From a virus (Duplodnaviria; Caudoviricetes), in IMG/VR virus record IMGVR_UViG_3300015370_000021, positions 1 to 47,945 of that record: a stretch of 47,945 nucleotides of DNA; one strand, given 5' to 3'. The notes under the pieces were generated by a model. It searched no databases, was not told the DNA's origin, and saw only the letters and a program-made list of their open reading frames with translations. The position numbers and the translations under genes are program-made. This document shows, piece after piece, positions 27,101-35,792 of this stretch; the stretch's first letter is position 1, and the number at the start of each line of letters is the position of its first letter.

Positions 27101-30100
27101 CAGCTGGGCCCCTCGCGTCGATGGCTGCTTGCGCGGGGCCGGAATAGGTGCGCCGGACTTCCTCGGTAAAGGGCACCGTGGACCAGCTCGGGGGTGTAAC
27201 CCCTTCCGCCAATTCAAAGATCTCTTTCTGCGCCTGGTCCTGCTCGATCTCGCCGCTCTTGTAGCGCAGCCAGATGTCATTGGCTGCAGTCTTCATGCGG
27301 CTCTTTTTGGCGGCCTCGAAGAGCCCGCGCACTGCTTCCCAGGTAATGGACTGCATCTCTCTGGGCAGGAGACCTCTTTCCTTGGCCGCGCGCTTGTAGG
27401 CCTCGAGGTAGAGGGGATACGTCCCGTTCATGCCCGTGACATTGGAAGACGCGGACCCCGTGCCGCCGAAGGCCTGCAGGACTTCTGTGTCCGCTGCAGC
27501 CAGAGGGCGCAGCAGCGCGGCCGCCACGGCGTGTGTGTCGCTGGTCGTGAAGCCCAGAGGGCTGGCCGGGTCAAAAAGGTTGTTGTAAAAATTACGGACC
27601 TTGTGCTCTTTGCCAATCTGGTAATAGACATTTTCGGCCCGACCATCGAGCAGGATGGAAATACCCTTGGCGATGGTCGAATAGGACTTCCAGGCGTTGG
27701 TCGCATCGTTGCCAGAATTTGTCTGGGCCAGACCCGCCGCGCCGCCCTCGGGGGTCAGGACACGGTAGGCCCGGCTGTTGTGTGTCTGGTCGTAAACGCG
27801 AACCCATCTTGCGGCCACGTCGGGGCGGTCCAGCAGCTCTTCCAGCGTCTTGCCTTTGGCCTCGGCCATGATGGCATCGCCTTCTGCGATCCGGTCAGCC
27901 TCGGCCGTCATGGCGTCGTCCCAGCGAAAGTCGCGCATGCCGAAGACGATGTCGGCGATGCGCTCGGCCTGGCTCATGTTGGGGAACCATCCGTTCTGTG
28001 GGGAGAGGACAGCAATGGTCGCCGCGCCCTGCATCTCGCTGATACCATATCTTTCTGCCCACGCCTCGATGGTCTTCCTGCCGCCATCGTACCAGCGCTT
28101 GGCCCTGGCGCGCATATCGGGGTCCATGGCGTCATGCAGAAAAAGAAGGTTACTCACAACGTGGTTGACGAAGGCCTCGGCCTGCGCGGCGGGGGTCTTT
28201 GATCCCTTGCCCGTCAGCTTGCGCATGTTGGGCAGGGCCAAGAGGGCCTTCATGTTCTTCTCAAGCGTCTTGACGTCCGACAAGGCCACGTTGAAGTCGA
28301 GCGTCAGGACCTCGTTCAACGGATCCTCTGTAGACTTCACTGCCGAGGGCAGGCGCGTCGAGAGTGACTGATTCAAAATCCGCGCATCGCCCGGGTCAAA
28401 CGTACCGCGGTTGTTGACTGACTTGATCTGGGTGGGGTCTGTTACGAACCAAGACATGCCCGACTGATCATTCGGCTCATACACCCGCACCGAATCGTAG
28501 CCCCGCTCTTTCATGCGGCGCACAACTTCCGGGTTGTCCAGATGATCCCATTCCATCTGCCCGTCCGCAAAAACCTTGTCTATCCAGTCCCCGTTTTCAT
28601 CGAATTCAGTGCGGGATAATCCACCATTGAAATCGATGTACCGGTTCCCGTCCGCTTCGTACGCGGCGGGCTCCAATATATAGAACAGATCATCCCAAGC
28701 CTTCGCCACGGCGTCCTTTTCTGATTGAGGGCTGTTCGAGGACACCGGCATGTCGTTGGGGTTCACGAGAGGGTTCTTTGCTGACAGGTAGAATTCCGCC
28801 ACGTTGCCACCATAGGACTCCGCGTCCTCTTGGCTCAGGGAGAAAAATACCCCTTGGGATTCAACGTCCTGCTCGGAAAAAGTGGTGTACCTCTTGGTCT
28901 TCCTTCCTGTCTCGAAAGCGAAGTCCGAGCCCATTCGGGCCTCGGTCCCGTGGTAAACAACCAACGGTTTCCCGCTATCATCCACCACCTTGGACTCGCC
29001 AAACCACCTCTTGAAATACGGCGACTCCGTGCCCATCTCGGCCCACAGTCTCCCAGCCTCTTCGATCTCTGCCTGATTCTCGACACCAGCATATGCCGCG
29101 CCTTGCTGCAGGGTCTGCTCGTCAACAGCAGGCTGCCCGCCTCGCATGACCTGCGGCCCGTAGACCTGCCACAGCTCGGCTGGCGTGACATTGTTCATCC
29201 TGGCCAGCACGCCAAACGTCGCAGCGGTCATCCGCGCATCAGCCCGCGCGGCGTCGTTGACCAGGCCTACCTTCTGCCTCGAGGCCAGCAGCTCCTCCTG
29301 GATGGCCTTGACCTGCGTCTCGTATTCGCTGGTGGTCACGCGATCCTCTTTGAGCATCTGCACGAGGCGTGCCGTCTCGGCCTGGAAATCCTTCTGGGCC
29401 TGCACGGCCTCATTGCGGGTCAGCCCATCCACGGTCAGGCGCCGGTCGTTTGCAAAGCGCGCTGCGAACTCGGGGTTTGAGGCCACGACCTTGGCGTAGG
29501 TGCCGAGCGGGATGACCAGATCCTGCCCAGTGGTCAGCGCGGCGTCGAACTGATCCATGCTCACGCCGAGCTGGTTCAGCGTCTCGCTCATGCCCTGCAG
29601 GTCCGATTCAAAATTGGATGCTACGGCAGATGCAGGGACATAGATATTCTCGATCTGCCCGCCCTGCTGGATCGTCTCGACCACTTCCTGCAGGATGAGT
29701 GGGTCAAGCTGACCCAGCTTGGACTGCACGATGTTCTGGGTCAGGGTGTCGAGGACCTGCTGCTCCTGATCGGCTCGCTGGGTGATGATCTGCTCACGGG
29801 CCGTGTGCGCGATGTTCACGCCACCACCAAGGAGGAAAGAGGCCGGGATGACGTCAATGTTCTCAAAGCTCTTCCAGACGTTCTCGACCGTGGTGTCATA
29901 ATCGTCGCCCCTGGCCAGGGAGGAGAAGAAGGCGCCGAAGGGCTCTTCCGCATACTCGGTCAGGGCTTCTGTCGTACCAGCCACAAAGAACTTCCCAGCG
30001 CGCTGCAGGAAGGTCGAAGCGAGCTTCTTGGACAGGATGGCATCCAGGCCCAGCTTGTTCAGCACCGCGACCACGGGGACCATGGCCTGGGAGGCCAGAG

Positions 30101-30935
30101 CGGCCCGGTCAGGGTCCACGCCCTCCTCGATAAGCTCCTTGTACTGGCTCGCGCCCTCCATCATGCCACCCACAAAGCCGCCCAGCAGGTTGCTGCCAGA
30201 CAGCGCCGCAGAGGCGATGACAGGCGCCAGGGAGGCGGCCGCATCGCCCGCGTTCTGGAGGAGCCATTGCGGATCTACCATATACTGCGGGTTATCGATG
30301 AGCCGGCCGCGCAGTTCCTCGGGCAGGCCCAGATATTCGTCCTTGTAGTCCTGGATCTCTTTGCTGCTCGACAGCGCGAAATCCCGGATGTTTCCGAACA
30401 AGCCCCCATACGTCAAACCTGGGATGGCTTCCAGTCCCTTGGACGCGCTGTCCAGCGTACCTGCTACCAGACCCAGAGTGTTGTAGGCAAATTCACCGAT
30501 GGTCGGACCGAAGCGCAGCCCCACATCCAACGCGGTGCCCGCCGTCGCGATGCCCTTCTGGATGGCGCGCTCGATCTCGGCCAGGGTGTCCACGTCATCA
30601 GCCACGGCGGCCATCTTGTGGGGGCTCTGGTGGATGTAGGCGCGAAGGCCCGGAGCGCCAACGAGGCCCGCATTCATCTTCTCGACGTCCGCTTTGAGCA
30701 GGACCTCATCCCGGTTCCGGCTGACCAGTTCCGGGTCGAGCCCGGCGTCACGACCGAGCTGGATGTCCTGCACGGCGGTGTAGGGGTTCAGCAGCTTGGC
30801 CTGCTTGGCCCGGGCGTCCGGGCGCAGAGGTTCCATGCCGGGCGGGTAGAGGTCAGGTAGATCCGGGGTAAAGACATTCTTGGGCTTGGGGTCCACGATG
30901 CCTGTCGTGGGGAAAAGATCTGGAAGCTGCGACAT
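21117..30935 (-). CDS. Giant polyvalent internal virion (ejection) protein, 3272 aa
   Basis: Position after the internal virion genes; ART-like YHGT domain, HhH-like domain, JAB/RadC HNHP...SxxD, zincin HETGH. Confidence 0.9.
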   Translation of the reverse strand: MSQLPDLFPTTGIVDPKPKNVFTPDLPDLYPPGMEPLRPDARAKQAKLLNPYTAVQDIQLGRDAGLDPELVSRNRDEVLLKADVEKMNAGLVGAPGLRAYIHQSPHKMAAVADDVDTLAEIERAIQKGIATAGTALDVGLRFGPTIGEFAYNTLGLVAGTLDSASKGLEAIPGLTYGGLFGNIRDFALSSSKEIQDYKDEYLGLPEELRGRLIDNPQYMVDPQWLLQNAGDAAASLAPVIASAALSGSNLLGGFVGGMMEGASQYKELIEEGVDPDRAALASQAMVPVVAVLNKLGLDAILSKKLASTFLQRAGKFFVAGTTEALTEYAEEPFGAFFSSLARGDDYDTTVENVWKSFENIDVIPASFLLGGGVNIAHTAREQIITQRADQEQQVLDTLTQNIVQSKLGQLDPLILQEVVETIQQGGQIENIYVPASAVASNFESDLQGMSETLNQLGVSMDQFDAALTTGQDLVIPLGTYAKVVASNPEFAARFANDRRLTVDGLTRNEAVQAQKDFQAETARLVQMLKEDRVTTSEYETQVKAIQEELLASRQKVGLVNDAARADARMTAATFGVLARMNNVTPAELWQVYGPQVMRGGQPAVDEQTLQQGAAYAGVENQAEIEEAGRLWAEMGTESPYFKRWFGESKVVDDSGKPLVVYHGTEARMGSDFAFETGRKTKRYTTFSEQDVESQGVFFSLSQEDAESYGGNVAEFYLSAKNPLVNPNDMPVSSNSPQSEKDAVAKAWDDLFYILEPAAYEADGNRYIDFNGGLSRTEFDENGDWIDKVFADGQMEWDHLDNPEVVRRMKERGYDSVRVYEPNDQSGMSWFVTDPTQIKSVNNRGTFDPGDARILNQSLSTRLPSAVKSTEDPLNEVLTLDFNVALSDVKTLEKNMKALLALPNMRKLTGKGSKTPAAQAEAFVNHVVSNLLFLHDAMDPDMRARAKRWYDGGRKTIEAWAERYGISEMQGAATIAVLSPQNGWFPNMSQAERIADIVFGMRDFRWDDAMTAEADRIAEGDAIMAEAKGKTLEELLDRPDVAARWVRVYDQTHNSRAYRVLTPEGGAAGLAQTNSGNDATNAWKSYSTIAKGISILLDGRAENVYYQIGKEHKVRNFYNNLFDPASPLGFTTSDTHAVAAALLRPLAAADTEVLQAFGGTGSASSNVTGMNGTYPLYLEAYKRAAKERGLLPREMQSITWEAVRGLFEAAKKSRMKTAANDIWLRYKSGEIEQDQAQKEIFELAEGVTPPSWSTVPFTEEVRRTYSGPAQAAIDARGPAGATPSTQTRVFFEVAPDPNDAQLTSEWDALPQDMKQDISQKVAAAIVPQVLKELGVSGAFDMQLGGYMGATNPPMALLLDRPELLVTAAKTLGFALSQDSMMVVSDTQVVGTQPVGAVTINLPEGFGAKEVEALYDKLWELEQDGEKLVGGHTTANGQMVVLNFSNLDTGVLARLINEHLGGEFDITSGDAFSAFIDKKEYDYGVSRTQAVSGRPSAEGRADNLRSEATRLLREALDTDSRTFQQLPASLRGRDPQVLRVSDVGPVRASYGEQKAGGSSVLGIHYSREPRESLSGHFYGTGIKGSEARRLALSSDPRLSQRIHFYVDTGEGIRPEPGVGSNIHAVNLNNVYNVDEDPLGLAAAAYADKMADPNVSFNNLESSIIDAGFDGIFVPRAQAPKGVVVLLGDHAAVPVDLVQSQTLNQNELGIDKPGPGGIVKEKEVVYEKADRGEDSVSARGGEGVYPEERGMRPLPGARLVEIRSTEKRSVPAAVVSPRQAAVAMSFLSDAPQEQLSALVLDKNGKPLAILSHSIGNIDSTQVDNRALLGAIQDVEGAKSFYLVHNHPAETAVLSSADRGLSENTRAINEGSGLSYGGIIAVTPSGYGDEYGNNQPYPPPGKQKKVPVVQRLFVKADKVRGLGPVSSPEDIKSNISIITGGAESGIILLSNNNVPIGFLPLDPAEMSRLRGDRLGEVLKSFHRTNATGIVGILPNEAALSAWRNVAAMANAIKARPLDALFRNGAGSLDSARMQGKDVDSYGSKAFLQQQGEPQAAFTFKTASGKPLIELFEKANQSSFLHETGHLYLEMIRDMALKADAPQAMVDLWSQTKAALRLPSDGPISREAHEEWSRNLEAYFAKGEAPSLGLRGLFAKYAEWLKGIYREVENIFAASGTEFNPDLKPIFDRLFATEQEMQEVEAFYAAQRPFFDQADQMSEKDRADLKRLRDKAQEASFDSRLRRLTEAYIKSQGGRKALAEELRAEVEARRVYTAIEAARNGGFELSEIDYLVGEETRKAISKKWKAVKVGGDLDPNVVAAQNGYDSAREMLLDMAAAPSKQQALKDAVDQRVEAERQTILRGMLDADSVVAADEAYHNEDRLALLVAEFTILAEQSSKRQGARARALDAAAAREVARQTIRSMPLSSATKYQKFARAERNAAIRARDAKKAGRTADALKAKREELLNHALFMESMKLRGQIQKLEKAIKKGAKQKSMLPDAKDLLQGLGIQYGLMPYNKQKKDKAWAAYTQSFAAKGEERPTLSDWAAERENDFGVYFDPFVLQNAGYVPLQDLTVEQFDAVRQAVNTIRTVDRNERTVLVNGQRLALEAAEALLEQSTTGRKMTSTQRSKRKSKLRKMISGTHAFHAKMEAMLLDLDNWSQGHWWNMFFKPIADAENARSERLKDVHAKLQQLFAPVKKGMGDRVFIPEINDSLRKSEILAIALNMGNEGNILRLKQGFPDWDLDALFQRMTQTEELLTAKDWKFVQDIWDYFDSFRPESFALQKYLTGREPERIMPTPLTTMHGVLQGGYYPADYDTDLNYTAFSREQKDLDKQLFGGRNYGAAMTQHNHLKERAATGAEQALSLDLGVITDHLYNTVHDLTHRKAVVEVAKIMKRPKVRKMVEDALSPEAYREFMPWLQDVAQERQEPMNQLHRAARWARKGTTIMQMGLKFTTMITQPLGIFQTLDVIGPKWSTVGLKHVYGNSLRIHKVYDEITTKSTFMNNRIKSFDREVRDAMKGLTTADSFMRGVQEFSFKGIGYMQLGVDMPTWWGAYQKGLSENLGDEAKAVAYADSVVRISQGSGATKDLARVQRGGEFQRLATMFYSYFSALYSLTYRRVSMTKSLSDIPTAAGSAMALWFLPAIMAELIAGRGPDDDEEWWSWGAGLIATYPFLTIVGVKDIASAIESGFDYQMTPAASAPGALVKWGRQVYKAVEEEDPERAVRPTVEAVGYIFQLPLKQPVITLGNIWDYMTGEDPEFEVRDLFFVKPKSRR
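25622..25768 (-). CDS. Nested out-of-frame small protein (48 aa) inside the giant gene
   Basis: GAGGTG SD before the ATG; promoter-like element directly upstream; MKKQTEEKILYPPGEEKVFTPKNEECAPYPVPDL... Confidence 0.6.
   Translation of the reverse strand: MKKQTEEKILYPPGEEKVFTPKNEECAPYPVPDLSKSGPQKKEASQPQ
25789..25816 (-). promoter_or_regulatory. Embedded sigma70-like promoter within the giant gene
   Basis: TTGACA-16 nt-TATCGT with extended -10 TGn. Confidence 0.6.
26195..26494 (-). CDS. Nested out-of-frame small protein (99 aa) inside the giant gene
   Basis: AAGGAG-8 nt-ATG; MAYLGHKPFPDDHPLKGGRIIFG...; TTGACA at 26602-26597 upstream. Confidence 0.6.
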   Translation of the reverse strand: MAYLGHKPFPDDHPLKGGRIIFGAKRPGSSEKPSTPTAEPSSSSLPPFEAETHKSYESAMWDRFEQATGNKRPEEAPSLESTTPENPASPSPDTSTEQE

Positions 30936-30943
30936 CCTCGCTC

Positions 30944-32665
30944 CTATGGTTTGGGCAGTTTATCGATACCCTGTTCGAGCAGTCTTCTGTGGTATGCACG
31001 GATGGCCAGGTTGGTGTCACCTTCAAATTGCCCCGCCCACGCCTCGCGCAGGGCCGGGTTGGCGTCGAACTTGGCGCGGATGGCCGTAGCGGTGTCTGTA
31101 TCCGTATCCGGCAGCCAGTCAGGATCTGCGAGGCTCTCACCAAAAGACACGTCCTTCCCATACCCGAACCAGCTCCCGCCCTTCTTCTCGCCGTCGAGGA
31201 CCCAGATGTCCGCGAGTTTCTGCAAGTAGGTCGGGTCATCCGCCCGGTTGGTATCGGCCACTTTGCTTTCCGCCCACCGCTTGAACTCGAAAAGTTCGCG
31301 CTTCTCGCTGTCTTTAAGCTTGATGGGCGTCTTGCCGTCGTTGACCACGCCTTTGGCGGAAAGCCATACGTTCTTGAGATCCGCCTCCGTGGTCTTCTGC
31401 TTGCCGCCGAGGCTGCTCTCCAGGCGCTTCAGATCCTGGGCGCCGACCTTGGCAGCGGCGGGATCTTCGCGCAGGGCTCCAGGCGTTGTGACCTCCGCAT
31501 ACTGGATCTTCTCGGCCAGGGTCTCATATGCCTCCGGATTGGTCCGGAACCCGATGCCCGCGAAGGAGGAGTATTCCTTGTAGCGCCTGACGGCAGCATT
31601 CTTGACCGGGCCTTCCGGCAAACCCTGCACATATTTGTACTGGGCCATGAGGTCGCCCTCCAGGCTGTCCACCTGATCCATGGCGCCGTAGATGGCTTCC
31701 TGCCGGGCGGCGGTCTGCTCGGCCTTCCGGCTGGCATACAGCGCGTTGAATGTGGACTTGGCCACGCGGCGCACATCGAGGTCCTCGACGTTATCCATCA
31801 AATATTTCTGAGTGCCCTGCTTGTCGTAACCCTGGGCGAGCAGCATCTCGGCCAGGCTGTCGGCCTTGTCTGCCACCTCGGCCGGGCGCAGCGCGTCCAT
31901 GACCTTGGCCTTGTCCTCACCCGTCATGCGGTCGTCGCCCATGATCTCACGGGCCACCCCGTACTGGCCCTGCTTGACGTAGCGCAGCGCGACGTTCTTG
32001 ACCGTGTCCGACTTTCCAAGGCGGGTCAGCTCCTCGGTCTGCTCGGGGGAGAGGCCGCTGTACTGAGCGGCCAGGCGCAGGTTCTCTTCCATCCGGGCGA
32101 TGCCTGCGTTGACCTTGTCGGCGTCGGTGAAGTTAAGCAGCGCGTAGTCCGCTTCCTTCTTGGCCACAGACTGGTAGGTATTGATCAGGTCCTTGCGCCG
32201 CTCTGTCGATTCGTGCCGGGCCACGCTGACCAGGGACTCCCGCGAGACCGGCATGACCTTGAGCCCAAAGACTTGCTGCTGCGCCGGCGTCAGGCCCGCG
32301 GAGACTTCACGCTCCAGCTCCAGGAGCTTCTCCTTGGCTTCCTTGGTCAGACCCTGAGCAGATCCGCCGAGGCGGCCATAAGCTCCAGAGCCCGGGGAGC
32401 CATCTCCGACGAGGTAGTTGCTGACCCTGTTGTGGTAATCGCCATAAGCTTTGGTGACCGCCAGCTCGTCCTCTTCCTTCTTCATGCGGTCAGCAGCTGC
32501 CAGCATGTTCCGGCCGAGAGTGTTGATATCACTGCCGAGACCCTGCAGGGCTTTTGCATCCCCGCCGCCGAAGGCTTCGATAGGGGCCTGCAGGCTCTGC
32601 TTGGGCGCGCCCATGCTGACGGACTTCTGATCGAGTTTGCGCTCGTAAACTGGTATTCTAGACAT
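30944..32665 (-). CDS. Internal virion protein (helical)
   Basis: 573-aa helical protein between the core protein and the giant protein; MSRIPVYER start. Confidence 0.8.
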   Translation of the reverse strand: MSRIPVYERKLDQKSVSMGAPKQSLQAPIEAFGGGDAKALQGLGSDINTLGRNMLAAADRMKKEEDELAVTKAYGDYHNRVSNYLVGDGSPGSGAYGRLGGSAQGLTKEAKEKLLELEREVSAGLTPAQQQVFGLKVMPVSRESLVSVARHESTERRKDLINTYQSVAKKEADYALLNFTDADKVNAGIARMEENLRLAAQYSGLSPEQTEELTRLGKSDTVKNVALRYVKQGQYGVAREIMGDDRMTGEDKAKVMDALRPAEVADKADSLAEMLLAQGYDKQGTQKYLMDNVEDLDVRRVAKSTFNALYASRKAEQTAARQEAIYGAMDQVDSLEGDLMAQYKYVQGLPEGPVKNAAVRRYKEYSSFAGIGFRTNPEAYETLAEKIQYAEVTTPGALREDPAAAKVGAQDLKRLESSLGGKQKTTEADLKNVWLSAKGVVNDGKTPIKLKDSEKRELFEFKRWAESKVADTNRADDPTYLQKLADIWVLDGEKKGGSWFGYGKDVSFGESLADPDWLPDTDTDTATAIRAKFDANPALREAWAGQFEGDTNLAIRAYHRRLLEQGIDKLPKP

Positions 32666-32673
32666 CCATCCTC

Positions 32674-33285
32674 CTACAGGCCGGAAACGCGCCCGCCGCC
32701 CATGTTAAAACCGCCGCCGGTTCCGGTCGAAGTGCCCCGCGCGCCACCGACATTAAAGCCGGAAGTCTTGCTGCCAAGACTCATGAACCTCATGCCCGCC
32801 TGCCCCGCGCCGGAAATAAGAGTGCCCGCTGCGCCAATGTAGGGGTTGGTCTTGGACATCCCGAAAAGCTTGCCCTGCGCCTGGTAGTTGGTGCCCTGTA
32901 TCCTGGCGCGCCAGGCTTCCATCTGGCCCTCTTCAAGCAGGGCCATGGCGTCCAGCTCGCCCTGATGGGCTGTGTCGAGGGTCAGGTCCAGGAAGGACCC
33001 GGAGTCAACGACCGCACCGGAAGCGCCCATGCGAGCGCGCTGCGCCCCTATGGCGATGGCGGTCCTGCGCCTCTGCGCCTCCGCATTCTTCTGGCCCTGC
33101 TGCTCTGCGTACTGGGCTTCCATCTCGGCGGTGCGCGCGTTGTTGTTCGCGACCTTGGCCTGGTAGTCCGCCTGCGCGTTGGCCGCTTTGGCCTGCTGCA
33201 TCTGGCCATAAGCCGATACGGCCGTCCCGGCCAGGGAGGTGGTCAACGCTGCGATGGCCAGAGTCGTTGCTGTTATCTCACACAT
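32674..33285 (-). CDS. Internal virion/core protein (T7 gp14-like)
   Basis: MCE...hydrophobic N-terminus, Ala/Gln-rich coil, GAQRARMGASG. Confidence 0.8.
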   Translation of the reverse strand: MCEITATTLAIAALTTSLAGTAVSAYGQMQQAKAANAQADYQAKVANNNARTAEMEAQYAEQQGQKNAEAQRRRTAIAIGAQRARMGASGAVVDSGSFLDLTLDTAHQGELDAMALLEEGQMEAWRARIQGTNYQAQGKLFGMSKTNPYIGAAGTLISGAGQAGMRFMSLGSKTSGFNVGGARGTSTGTGGGFNMGGGRVSGL

Positions 33286-33733
33286 GCTTCCTCCAGAATC
33301 TACGAAAGGGATGGCCAAAAGGGGCAGTCACTATTTCATCACAGGAAAAGCCGAGCCATTTGAGCCACCGAACAGTTTTTGTGTTTGTCACGTCTACAAG
33401 ATTTTCAAGAGATCCATACTCCTCGAGCAGGGTGTCTATGATTCTCCGAGACTCCTTGGCGAATGCATACCAGACGTCTTCAAGCCTGTCAGTCCCTAGG
33501 AGCCACACTATGCCCCCGGGGTCAACCAGAGACTTGGCCATAACACCGCCTATCGCAAAGACTTCGCCGTCATGCTCTCCCACGAAGGAAATGTCGGAAT
33601 ATAGCAGCCCATCCCACAGTGCAGCAGTCGGGCCGCGCCCCGTGGAGCGGAAACATTCTCTTACGTCCACTTCGCGCAGGCCTCCCTTGAGCAAGGACTC
33701 GACGTCCTTTTGCGTTGCGGGCCTAACCTTCAT
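33278..33733 (-). CDS. GNAT-fold internal virion protein A-like (T7 gp13/DUF2833-like)
   Basis: VWLLGT...LENLVDVTNTKTVRWLKWLGF. Confidence 0.8.
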   Translation of the reverse strand: MKVRPATQKDVESLLKGGLREVDVRECFRSTGRGPTAALWDGLLYSDISFVGEHDGEVFAIGGVMAKSLVDPGGIVWLLGTDRLEDVWYAFAKESRRIIDTLLEEYGSLENLVDVTNTKTVRWLKWLGFSCDEIVTAPFGHPFRRFWRKHV

Positions 33734-35792
33734 AGGACACATCCAGCATGAGCGCGACGATGGTCATGGGCAGCGGCCTGTCCTGCGCGATCACCACTGA
33801 GGTCTGGGACGTTGTCTGCGTGTCCGGAATGAATTCCAGATCCCCCGTGAAGGGAGGGACTGGGTCGCCCCAGGTTTCCGGGGGATAAGGGAAGTCGAAG
33901 AGGCGATCCTCTGCAGAGCCGAACTGCCCGCCCACGGTGTCGAGGACCCGGATGCGGGAGAGGCCAACAGTGCGCAGGCGCCCCAGCGTGGTGCCCTCCC
34001 GCGTGTCCGTTTCAAACGGCATGGGGGACAGGACCGACGTGTAGGGCAGTCCGACGTGTATGGTGCTCGCCGGGTAGGGGAGAGTAAGCCCTCCGCTCCC
34101 ACTGACCGTCAACCCTTCCACCGGGGAGCCGTCCGCGAGAGCCACGACCGCCATCCCGGCCAGATGGCCCAGCCCGGTCAGTGTGGATGCTGGCACCCCG
34201 TAGTAGGAAAGCCCACAATCCACGAAGAAGGCTTCTTCGATGCCCTCAGACGACACCCATTTGTGGGTCATCAGTTCGAGGAAATATTTGGTCACCCCGC
34301 CTATGGTGCGCTTGACCACGAAGAAGGTCTGCTCCTCGAAGGCACCGGCGATGGTACAGGTGCTGCGATACTGACCCTGCGTGTCGTGCTGTGACCAGGC
34401 CCAGATGTCGTGCTCTTTCATGTACGTCAGGGCGAGGAACGCACCGTCAGACCGCACCACCCATATGATGGAATTTGGGGCCTGCTGGTAGGACCACTGC
34501 CGGATGGTGTAACCCTCGAAAAGGTGCGGGGCCAGGATGGTCAGGTCGTTGCCTGCGTATCCATCCTTCTCGAGGGAGAAGAACAGGTCGCGCACATGGG
34601 CGCCCTGCTTCTGGACGTGCAGGACCGAATTGCCGATAATCAGCGGCGGGATCTTCGCGCTGCCCCAGTAGGACTGCTGCTTGACCTGGATGTTGCTCGG
34701 AGTGATGGCATCATTGCCTCCACTCGCCTGGTACTCGGCGGAACCTGTGCCCAGTAGTAACTCGCCAAAAGAGGCCATCCAGTTTATGGCGTCAATGGAG
34801 CCAGATGCAATGGTGAAATCATACGGGTCGTCCTCGAGGAGCGGAGTGCGCTTGAAGAAGCCGGTGAAGTTCCCAGTCTGGGAGCCGTAGAAGGTTTGAG
34901 GGCTTTTCGCGGCCGCGCCGATCACCAGACGCTGCTCATGGAATCCCACCAGCCCGGGGTGGTTATCCCCAGAAAAAGGGTTGCCCTGCGAGGTCGGCGT
35001 CTTGCTCGTCTGCGCCACATACTTGGAATCCACCAGAGATAGCGCCGGGGCTTGAATGATGCCGATCAGGCCGAAGTATCCACCCTCCTCCCGGTATATC
35101 AAGTACTCCAAAGCGCCCGCCAGCGCAGTGACCGTGATCGTGACCTTGTCCCCCGCGACCCAGTCGCTGGGATGCCTGGCAGTCACGGTAATGGCCGCGG
35201 AGGCGTAGGAGTTCTCCCCCGCGGCATTGACCGCCACGGCCTTGTACCTGAGAGGGAAATCAGCCGCGGCAGCGCCAGTATCTGGCCCGGCGGTCCAGAC
35301 TGCCGAGGCTATTGTCGGCGCGGCGACGGAGGGGTCGAAGGTCACCGTGTCCAGGGAAAAAGTGATGGACGTCAGGCGGGAGAGCTTGCGTAGCGCGTGG
35401 CTCGGGTGGGCCAGGAAGACCACGTCCCCGCTCTGGGCGTATGATATCTCAAGAAGTTGCGCCGTCGTGTAGGGTGTCACCAGCTCAAAGGGCTTCCCGT
35501 CCAAGACGTCCAGAATGAATCCGCCGGCATTGGCGAAGCGCACTTTCAGATTGGTGAAGACCAGCACCAGGCACTGGGACGGATCACTGGAAAACTGAAA
35601 GGGGAGCAGGACAGCGTCCTCCCCTAGATCCTCCAAAAAATAAGTGCCGGGCCTGCGTCGGGCGTTGCCGTGCAGCTCGACCAGAAAGTTCTTCATGGTC
35701 TTGCAGGCCGGCTTGTACTTGGCCAGGTCGTACCTGGCAGACAGGGATTCCGCGATCTCGCCCGTGACAAAGCTATTGAAAGGAATCTTCAT
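33723..35792 (-). CDS. Tail tubular protein B (nozzle)
   Basis: NSFVTGEI...RRPGT N-terminus; FHEQRL; AWSQH; synteny. Confidence 0.88.
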   Translation of the reverse strand: MKIPFNSFVTGEIAESLSARYDLAKYKPACKTMKNFLVELHGNARRRPGTYFLEDLGEDAVLLPFQFSSDPSQCLVLVFTNLKVRFANAGGFILDVLDGKPFELVTPYTTAQLLEISYAQSGDVVFLAHPSHALRKLSRLTSITFSLDTVTFDPSVAAPTIASAVWTAGPDTGAAAADFPLRYKAVAVNAAGENSYASAAITVTARHPSDWVAGDKVTITVTALAGALEYLIYREEGGYFGLIGIIQAPALSLVDSKYVAQTSKTPTSQGNPFSGDNHPGLVGFHEQRLVIGAAAKSPQTFYGSQTGNFTGFFKRTPLLEDDPYDFTIASGSIDAINWMASFGELLLGTGSAEYQASGGNDAITPSNIQVKQQSYWGSAKIPPLIIGNSVLHVQKQGAHVRDLFFSLEKDGYAGNDLTILAPHLFEGYTIRQWSYQQAPNSIIWVVRSDGAFLALTYMKEHDIWAWSQHDTQGQYRSTCTIAGAFEEQTFFVVKRTIGGVTKYFLELMTHKWVSSEGIEEAFFVDCGLSYYGVPASTLTGLGHLAGMAVVALADGSPVEGLTVSGSGGLTLPYPASTIHVGLPYTSVLSPMPFETDTREGTTLGRLRTVGLSRIRVLDTVGGQFGSAEDRLFDFPYPPETWGDPVPPFTGDLEFIPDTQTTSQTSVVIAQDRPLPMTIVALMLDVSYEG

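Noticed and set aside
26646-28202. 518-aa plus-strand ORF
   Set aside because: Antisense shadow of the giant protein gene.
28835-29191. Possible third nested ORF in the giant gene
   Set aside because: No SD or promoter; composition is typical of a shadow frame.
30989-32842. 617-aa plus-strand ORF
   Set aside because: Antisense shadow of the internal virion protein gene; no SD or motifs.
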